A stretch of DNA of 58,425 nucleotides, filler included, from Thelocarpon superellum (taxonomy: Eukaryota): NCBI GenBank assembly GCA_026025795.1. It is 4 parts of 4 records of this genome, joined end to end, with 100 filler letters (N's around TTAATTAATTAA, not from the genome) between each part and the next. Parts side by side here need not be neighbours in the genome. Positions count along the whole stretch, not along the records: positions 44,045 to 58,425 come from JAPEUG010000431.1; 3 more parts are not named here. The stretch is one strand, 5' to 3'. Shown here in pieces: positions 49,689 through 58,425 of this stretch (position 1 is the stretch's first letter; every line of letters begins with the position of its first letter). Position numbers and translations under genes: made by a program. The notes beneath the pieces were generated by a model. That model ran no database searches and was not told where the DNA came from. It saw only the letters and a program-made list of their open reading frames with translations.

Positions 49689-51442
49689 ATGTCCGACGCA
49701 TTTAAGAAGCGTACGCTCAACCGTAAGAATATCAAGGATCTCACCCTCAGCAAAGCTCCCACCATCCAGAGCTCCGCGCCCTCGGCCGGCGATTCCCAGA
49801 TCCCCGGAGCCTTGGGCAACGATGAGGGCCGCCACGACACGCTCGAGATTGGGGTGGAGTTCAAGTTGGATCTGCGGAGTGAGGACCTGATCGTGCTCAA
49901 GGAGCTGGGCGCGGGCAACGGTGGGACCGTGAGCAAGGTCGAGCATGCCGCGACCAAGGTCATCATGGCGAGAAAGGTCGGTCACGCCGTGCAGATAAGC
50001 ATTCTCGCGGGGCACTCCTGCTGACCGTCCTCGTCTTCCGCGGGCTAGATCATCCACGTCGAGGCGAAGAAGGAGGTTCGCAAGCATATTGTGCGAGAAC
50101 TACAAGTCATGCACGACTGCAACTCTCCTCACATTGTCTCTTTCTACGGCGCTTTCATGAACGACTCGGGCGACGTGATCATGTGCATGGAGTACATGGA
50201 CTGCGGGTAGGCCATCTCGCTCGAACCCGCCCGATGCCTCCCAGCCGTGCTGACCCTGCGGCGTCCCGGCAATAGCTCCTTGGACCGCATCTCGCGCGAC
50301 TTTGGACCGGTGCGAGTCGACGTGCTAGGCAAGATCGCCGAGGCCGTCTTGGACGGGCTCACCTACCTCTACAACCAGTTCCGGATCATGCACCGCGACA
50401 TCAAACCCTCCAACATTCTTGTCAACTCGCGTGGCTTCATCAAGCTGTGCGACTTCGGCGTGTCTGGCGAGCTGGTCAACTCCATCGCCGACACCTTTGT
50501 GGGCACCTCGACCTACATGGCCCCCGAGCGTATCCAGGGGGCTAAATACTCGGTCAAGTCCGACGTGTGGAGCGTAGGCCTGACCTTGATGGAATTGGCC
50601 ATCGGCCGCTTCCCTTTCGACTCGAGCGACGCGGCGGCGGGAGATCGGGCGAGCGCCGGACCCACGGGCATCCTCGACCTGCTGCAGCAGATCGTGCACG
50701 AGCCGGCGCCGACCTTACCCAAGAGTGACGCGTTCCCCACCATCTTGGAGGACATGATTCAAAAATGCTTGCTCAAGGACCCCAACGAGCGGCCGACGCC
50801 GCAAGAGCTTTTTGTCAGTATTCCCGGCCCTGGCATCCGTCTCTTCTGACCGTGGCTAACGCGGCCTGTCAGGACAACGAGCCCTTCTTGCAAGCCGCCA
50901 AACGCACGCCGGTCGACATTGAGGAATGGGCCATATCGCTGATGGAGAAGCACAACCGCAAGTCGCACCTCGCGCCACAACTCTCGCCCTCGACGCAGGC
51001 GCTCCTTCGCAGCGACGAGCCGCCATCTGCAAAATACAGTCTGAGCAGCAAGACCCCGACCTCGGGCGAGATTCCGATCGCAGGTGAAGTTAAGCAATCT
51101 CCTTCGGACCATAGGGGCCTCGCCGAGGTTAACGGCATGCCGTCTGCCCTCCGCCACCCGGGACACCCGCCGCGGACCTCCTCCGCCAATGGCATTCCAC
51201 ACGTCTCGGCGAGTTTAGCACGGGGCTCAGGACCAGGGAATGGCATTGGCCACATTATGACCACAACACTCCCCATGCGACCGGCGCCGCCACCGACCGG
51301 GCCCTTGCCGGCGCCTCCGTCGATGAGCACACCGCAGACGGCCGTCCGCCATCCTCCTTCTTACCAGAACCTCGAGCCCGATCCTCGGCGCCAGCCACCT
51401 CTGGGCGTACCCTATGCGAATGGTGAAGCTCCGGCATATTGA
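49689..51442 (+). CDS. STE7: MAP kinase kinase of the Ste7/Mst7/MkkB type, 4 exons
   Basis: N-terminal basic docking site, LEIGVEFKLDL, GAGNGGTV, HRDIKPSN, DFGVSGELVNSIADTFVGTSTYMAPERI and a Pro-rich tail. Confidence 0.93.
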
Positions 51443-51649
51443 TTGCTGCCTTTGCCTCTGCCTTTACCTCTTCTCTCTCTCGGCCTCTGTCTACCCCTGT
51501 TCATGCGTCTGCGCCTGTGCCTGCCCTTCCTTCATGCTCCCACTCACCCCTTCGTATCACGATACGACACCTCCTATATCATGCCCATCTCTCGTGTTTC
51601 CTCTCCCCTCCCATCCCCGTATACTTCTACTTGCCGATGAGCGACCGTG

Positions 51650-52135
51650 CAAATTCAATCAATCAGTCGGTCAGTCAATCAGTTCCTAAACTACTTGTAG
51701 GGATCCTACCCAGGTTGTTAGTCAGTCAGTCAGTCAGTCAGTCAGTGTCAGTGTCAGAGTCAGTGTCAGTGAGCATCCCGGAGGCGCGTCGGAATGTGAA
51801 TGAATGAATTGCGAATTCGATACATGACTACTCCGTGACGCATAGGGTTGATTAGTTCGCTCGTTCAGTGCTTACGCGGTTGAGTGAGGGGTGATGTGAG
51901 TCATTGGGAGGTATCGTATCGTATCGTATCGCATCGTAGTCATTCATCCGTCACAGCATCGTCTCATCTCGTCACAAGAAAAGGGGAGAGCAAAGGAGAA
52001 AGCGAGGCGCTGAGAAGTGGGGTAGGTAAGGAGGAAGGAGAACGAAGAAGTAGAAGAGAAGGCGACGCAGAAGGTGACGCAGAAGGTGACACAGAAGGCG
52101 ACGCAGAAGCAGAAGCAGGAGCAGAAGCAGAAAGT
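51650..52135. repeat. Simple-repeat-rich region between convergent genes
   Basis: (TCAA)n and (GTCA)n at 51655-51770, (GTATC)n at 51911-51935, and (GAAGGYGACRCA)n/(GCAGAA)n at 52058-52132. Confidence 0.85.
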
Positions 52136-52447
52136 CAAGTCGCCATCACTAAAACAAACTGAAAAAGTCCTCGCCATCCCCCGTCTTTGTCCCGTCCGAA
52201 CGCGCTCGAGGGGTGCAAGGAAGAAAGTGGCTTATAGTCAGGTGTAGGTAGGGACGCGTACGTGCGTGTAGTATGTAGTATGAAGGCTGGATGCAATTGC
52301 AACATGCATACTTGAGAATCAAAGGAGGCTTCATTGTCCCAACTCCCTCCGTTACGTCTCCCCGCCCCCGCCTTACTTCATCTCTTTGCCACGGTCGTGT
52401 TTAATGTCAACCTCATATCCAAGGCTTGTACCACGACGAGCGACTGG

Positions 52448-54046
52448 TCATGCGTCTTTCGAGATCATGATACTATGTTCATATCAGCTTTCAGGAATCA
52501 AGGACGGGGAGATAAAGAGAACGTACGGCAAACTGTCAAAAATAACCTCGTTCCGCTCATAATGAATGACGAAGCCGGCGCCCAAGATGCGGCGGAGGGC
52601 CTGGAGACGATGGAGTTTCCACCATTTGTCAATCTTCATGACGCCCGTGCGGTGGACGCGCACCGTCATGCGACTCCCGTATCGGCGACCGGTAGTCTGA
52701 TCCAGCGCGTTGGAGTAGCGTGGGCCACGGGTGGGATGTTCAACGCTGTTGAGGATGTCGGCGAAGCTGGTGTGGAGAGATTTCTTGTCCCTTTTTGACA
52801 GCCGACGAGACGAGATAGAGGCGAGCGAGGCCAGTTGATGCTTCAGGTGGTCCACGCGCCGGTAGGCGTCATAGCGCTTCACCATCTTGGGGCCGCCCGG
52901 GGGGGCATCGGCCTGGAAGTCTTCGTCATCACTGCTGTCGAGGACCTCGTCATCTTCTTGCTCCGTGTAGCTCTTCTCGAATATCAGGGCAATGTTCTCG
53001 CCCGCCGCGATCTGCACGCCGGCGTCGGAGCTGTCGAGCTGGTCGACAAATGCCTCCATGGCGTCTTGACTGATTTCTTCGACGTCGTCGAGCTGGGTGG
53101 CAAGAAAGGCCCACTGTTCAAGGGCGGCAATGACCACGTTGGCGGCGTCGGGCGCTTCCACGCTGAGCCCGTCGGACTCGATGATCTCGCGCAAGAAGTC
53201 CATCACGTTCAGTACTTCGCTAGACGCTGCCCCGCCGTAGAAGGTGGCCGTGCCGAGGGCGTGAATAGCCGAGCTCTTGATCAGAGCCGAGTGGGAATCC
53301 ATGATGGCGCGTTGGAAAGCTTGGTAGACCAGTTCGTAGATGGTGTCAGACGGGTCGGTGACAATCGTCAAGCCAAGTGCTGCAGGTCTCCATGAGCAAG
53401 GCCATGCATAACTCCAATCTCCGGCCCACTCACCTTTCAAAGCGTATGCCGCTTCTCGCTCGCTGTCCTCGGCTTTGACGCTCCGGATCATCGCCACCAC
53501 CAGCTCCTGCGTTCTCCCTTGCAGTTCATCGCGCATGTATCGCCGGGTCAGGAGACGGCAGTAGGCACTGAGCGTGGTCTCTCGTCCAGCCACGCTGCTT
53601 CGTTTCCGATCCAGGATCTCCGCCGTTCGATCTCGTAGCTCTTCCGCCCATGCATCTGCCTGCAGATCGCCATCTTCCGTGGTCATGACGTCCTCGAAAG
53701 AGTTGACGCTACCCCAGAGCTCGAGTCAGACCATTCGTGAAGAGGGAGCGAGAACGCAAGAAGCGCCGAGAAATGAGATCCGTAAAAGGGCGGAGATAAT
53801 GCCATCGAGGTATGAAGGAGATGATGTGAACTATTGAAACGCATCCGAATATCCTTACCTCCATGAGGTTCCATCGCTTAGATTTCCCTCATCATCGTCC
53901 GACACGTTGCGGCTGGCGTTCCTCGAATGAGCACGGGAGTTGGCTCCCGACGTGGCACGGGAGGAGGCGGGGGAGCTCTGTTTCGACCGAGCCTTTTTCG
54001 ATACGGTCTTGCCGCTTTCCAGCGCTTGACGACGGAGGTCATGCAT
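52448..54046 (-). CDS. Interferon-related developmental regulator (IFRD) domain protein, 4 exons
   Basis: MHDLRRQALESGKTVSKKA, IIESDG..V.A.D, LDSSD..VQIAAGENIALIFE, RGPRYS and IDKWWK. Three canonical introns; ends PIMISKDA*. Confidence 0.85.
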
Positions 54047-55109
54047 CACGTCGCGAGGCGGTACCACACGGTGCCAGGAACGCCTTGCTATAATGCCGTC
54101 ATGGCAATCCGGTGAGATGTCACGTTTGCGGGAGAGAGTCACCGCCGGCTGGGCGGAAGGTGAGGCGGAAAGCGTCGTGGGACTTGATAAAGCGCTTGTT
54201 CGATAATCAATGCAGAGGGGAAAAGCAAGTGGGATCAGAAGCCCTCTCCGGTCGCTCAAGAGGCAGTCAAAGTCATCAACAGAAAGCCGGGGACAATAGG
54301 TTAGGATGGCATCAGAGATTGAATTCGACCGTGGCTCGTTCACTTTCGCTACTGTGCGGTCGAGGTTCGTCTATGCGTCAGGCGATGCAGCCGAAGGCGG
54401 TGGCGATGGGAGCCATGTCCGAGCAGAGAGAACGCCCTAGCCTGGTCCGGGCAGAGAGAGCTCTAGAGGAGTCATCAAAGGTACGGAGTACCTCCGTCGA
54501 TCTCCATGCCTCACGCGAACAACATGTAGCGGGGGAGCCCCCACCAGGCGACAGCCCAAGCCCAATCGGCCGAGGATAAGTCAAGTCGGTGCTGCCAGCT
54601 ACCAGCCTGCAGTGCAGGGTCAGCAGAAGACGAGGCGCATTAGGCTTTCGCTTACCCTATCACACCCTCCAGTAACTGGCCCGACTGTCGCCCGGAGGTC
54701 CAGTAGGGAACGCCGGAGGGGAGCATGTGGTGCCTGGCCTCGTACTCGTCTTCCGGGACGTGTTACGGTCGAAAGACGTCGAGGATGGAGATGCGACAGA
54801 AATGTCAGGTGTCAACAGTTCCCGTGCTGCGTAGCATGACGATCAAGTCCAGCAGGACTACCACCAGCCCACTTTCAACTTGGTCCGATCGTGATGTACT
54901 ACATGTATGCTTCATGATTATTGTCCCTCCAACCCGCAGCTCGACCCTGCATCCGACATGGATCTCCTTCACCCTCGTGGGCTAGACCTCGGCCGTCAAG
55001 ACTCCTCTTGACATGTAGTCAGCATATCGCCCGCCTTTCTCCTTCCGACCCTCGCATGCACAAGCCGAATGCAAAGCAAACGTGCGCACGTCGCACGTAG
55101 CGGATCAAG

Positions 55110-58100
55110 ATGTCGATGGAACAGCTGGAGATTCACAGCAAGGTAGGGCCGTACATCTCTGCGACGACCTATGTCGTCTTAAGCTCCAGGACCAAGCTCA
55201 CCAGACGCGCGTCCAGTCATATCTCGTGCGATGGGTCAAGGTGGCCGGCGATCATACCATCTCCTGGACTGTGCAGCCTCATAAGAAATCCATCAACTTT
55301 GGCCTCTTCAAGCACCCGGGCGGCAATGTCCCCACACCTCACCTGCCCGCGACCTCGACCTTTGAAGGCTCGCTACCCAACGGGTCCGAGGCCGACGGCC
55401 ACCCCGCCGGCAAGGTCTCCGCGCGCCAAGAGGGATCGACTGCGGTGGAGAAGCTACAGAGCGTCGGTCTCAAGATGACGCTATGGGTGGGCAAGTGCGA
55501 GGCCGACAAGGTCTCCATGGGCCGATACGACGTACCGGCCGAGCAAGGGGGCATGTACGCTCTCCTCTTCGATAACACCTTCTCCAAGCAGGTCTCCAAG
55601 ACGGCCACTTTTGTGCTGCTCACCTACCCCACCAATGCCCCGCCGCAGACAACCCACCATTTGCACCATCGCCGCGCCCACCCCGAACCCAACCCCAACG
55701 CAAGCACCAGCACCCTGGCCTCCAAACGGAGCCCTACGGTGGAGCCGCGCCGCCTGGAATCCACCGATTCGTTGTACCTAGACGGAAGCAGCAGCAGCCA
55801 TGCGATGCCCCTATCGGCCCAACCGCCCACGCCCGCGGACGAAAAACGCTCGGCCAACGCGCCAACCTTCTACACCGGCGTCCTGCACAAGCGACGGAGA
55901 AAACGGCATCAAGGATTCGCCAAGCGCTTCTTCTCCCTCGACTTCACCTCGTCAACGCTGTCCTACTACCACGATCGACGGTCGTCGGCCTTGCGGGGTG
56001 CCATCCCCCTGGCACTGGCCGCGGTCGGCACGAACGAGCGCAGCCGCGAGATCATCATCGACTCGGGCGCGGAGGTGTGGCATCTACGCGCGACGAATCA
56101 GAAGGATTTTGAGGGCTGGAAGCATGCCTTGGAGAAGGCAGCCAAGTCCGCCGTCGGCCTGCCCCTGATCACCCCCGCCCTGACGCTCGACACCAGCCGA
56201 GCGACATTGGGTCCTCTGGACGGCACCGACGACCGCGACTGGGCTCGTATCGAGACGCTTGTCGGCCGTGTCGCTGGGACGAGGGATGCCGTGCGCCGCC
56301 TAGCCATATCCACCGCGTCCAAGGGCGCGCCATCCCCGGCCGGCCTAGGATTGAGTGCTTCCAGCGTTGAAGCAAGTCCCCTCGAGTCGTCATCGGACGA
56401 CTACTTCAAGGACAAGCGACCCTTCTGGAAGCGGAAGCCGAGCAGCTCGCCCTCCATTCCGGCTCTGTTGAAGCGAAGTGCGCCATCGGCGCGCACATCG
56501 GGCCTATCCACCCCCGGATCATCCGGACCCAACGGTACCAGCCCGCACGCCGAGGAACATTCGATGCACGGACACTGCACCGCCATCTTGAGCGATCTTG
56601 ATGCCGTCGTGGCCGACTTCTCGGCCTTGATCACGGAGACGAAACGACGACGGATGGTGGCCCCACGCTCCGCCGTCTCTCACCGTACGGTGGACTCGTC
56701 GTCGACGGCCGACTTTTTCGACGCCGAGGCCGGGGAGATGGAAGATTCCACGCTGCTCGTCATCCCTGACGCCGACGAAGACCACCCGTCTGTGGAGCAG
56801 AATCTGTCGGACGGTGAGGGGTCACGATCGAGCACCGACGGCGATACGCGGGAAGATTTCGGAGGCGGCACCACGGCCGACAAGATGGGAAGCGCCCTCT
56901 TCCCGAGCAAGCCCAAATCTCTCAGCCCGCTCCCGCTGGACCCCGTGCGACGACGCACCTCCATTCCACCCGCGTCGGCCACGCCTCCCAGTTTGATCGG
57001 CATCCTGCGCAAGAATGTGGGCAAAGACCTTTCCACCATTTCCATGCCTGTCGCCTCCAACGAGCCGACGTCACTCCTTCAACGCTGCGCCGAATACTTG
57101 GAGTACTCCGCCCTGCTCAACGCTGCGGTGCACGCCGGCTCGGATGACGGAGAGCGCGTGTTGTACATGGCCGCCTTTGCCATCTCCTCCTTTGCCTGCA
57201 ACCGGGTCAAGGAGCGGGCGATCCGCAAGCCATTCAACCCGCTGCTGGGCGAAACCTACGAGCTCGTGCGGGAAGATCTCGGCTTCCGTTTCCTGGCGGA
57301 AAAGGTGAGCCACCGGCCGGTCCGCATGGCGACGCAAGCCGAGTCCGAGGACTGGACCTTTACGCACTCGCCCATGCCGACGCAGAAGTTCTGGGGCAAG
57401 TCTGCCGAGCTCAACACCGAGGGCCGGGTACGAGTCGTGCTGCACGCCACCCGGGAGCGATTCAGCTGGACGGCGGCGACGTGCTTCCTCCGTAACATCA
57501 TCGCGGGCGAGAAGTACGTCGAGCCCGTCGGCAGCATGACCATCGCGAACGAAACCACGGGCCAGAAAGCCATCGTCATCTTCAAGCCTGGCGGCATGTT
57601 CTCCGGCCGGAGCGAAGACGTGACGGTCCAAGCCTTCAGCGCCACGGGCGAACGGCTCCCACTCGGTCTCAGCGGCCGATGGACGTCCTCGCTCGCCCTC
57701 ACCAACGAGGTCGGTACGGCCATCAAAACCATCTGGCGAGCCGGCAGCCTCGTCGACCAGGCCACGACGCGGTACGGCCTCACGACGCTGGCGGCATCGC
57801 TCAACGAGATCACGCCCATCGAGCAAGACAGGCTCCCGGCAACGGACAGCCGACTGCGACCGGACCAACGCATGGCAGAAACCGGCGACATCACTGGTGC
57901 GGAAAGGCTCAAGACCCAGCTCGAAGACGCGCAGCGTTCCCGACGCAAGCAGATGGAGACGCAGGGCGAGGCGTGGCAGCCGCGGTGGTTCGAACGGGTC
58001 GACGTGGGCGTGAAGCGGGGCGACGGTGGGGGCGTGGGCGGAGATCGAGCCGATCACGGCTCGACGAGCGACGAGGAGGTGTGGCGGTTGAAGTCCGGCC

Positions 58101-58168
58101 GTGATGGCTATTGGGAGGAGCGACAGGCCGGGTCTTGGACGAGGGTAGTCGACATATTCGACCCGTGA
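55110..58168 (+). CDS. OSH3: Oxysterol-binding protein homologue (GOLD + PH + ORD)
   Basis: MEQLEIHSK-intron-SYLVRW, GOLD (FDNTFSK), PH (KRRRKRHQGFAKRFF), FFAT-like DFFDAE, ORD (GKDLSTISMP, KPFNPLLGETYE, EKVSHRP, DSRLRPD). Confidence 0.95.
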
Positions 58169-58369
58169 CGGCGCAACACCGCACAGATAACTGAGGAGTG
58201 GGGAACTGTCGGGGGTGCGCAGACCGAGTGAAAATAAAACGCGTCTGTTAGCTCGGCCGGCGATCAACGCAGCGTCGGACTGGAGTTTGGTCGGGTCAAT
58301 TGTCCCCTTGCCTGGACTAGGATTAGATAGTCGAGGTGTCCTGTGTTCTATGGGTCTTTTGTACTCTAT

Positions 58370-58425
58370 CACTGCATCCACTGCATCCACTGCATCCACT
58401 GCATCCACTGCATCCACTGCATCCA
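58370..58425. repeat. (CACTGCATC)n 9-mer tandem repeat, at least 6 copies, running off the window
   Basis: Direct reading. Confidence 0.95.

Noticed and set aside
58370..58425. Terminal repeat as a telomere or CRISPR array
   Set aside because: The unit is not TTAGGG-like and has no spacers; an ordinary minisatellite that probably broke the assembly.

Overview
Intron-containing, GC-rich genomic DNA from a filamentous ascomycete (Pezizomycotina-type genes and splice signals). The window is not one locus. It is four contigs of about 14.6 kb (1-14596, 14697-29286, 29387-43944, 44045-end) joined by artificial N44-TTAATTAATTAA-N44 spacers. Contig 1: a kinase-like pseudogene, a DUF7730-like gene, a GH20 hexosaminidase, a CYP52-clan P450, a GH16 Crh transglycosylase, then transposon relics (gag remnant, and a TA-flanked TIR element with a 52-bp hairpin). 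Contig 2: SRF1, a Mit_KHE1-family gene, IRC5/LSH, KRE6/SKN1 and a convergent pair of Cys-rich paralogues. Contig 3: a DCAF6/8-like WD40 gene, 6-phosphogluconolactonase, two uncharacterised coiled-coil genes and a SET/MYND gene. Contig 4: SPT6, STE7, an IFRD gene and OSH3. Two leads stand out. (1) The last exon of the Crh gene looks dual-coding: tandem GT donors 4 nt apart give two different GPI-signal-like C-termini with short or long stalks. (2) The tail-to-tail pair of putative secreted proteins shares an 8-Cys 'CPCNCT' domain I cannot name, and one of them is built like a Kex2-processed polyprotein. All family calls come from motif recognition, not database searches. Exon boundaries were read by eye.
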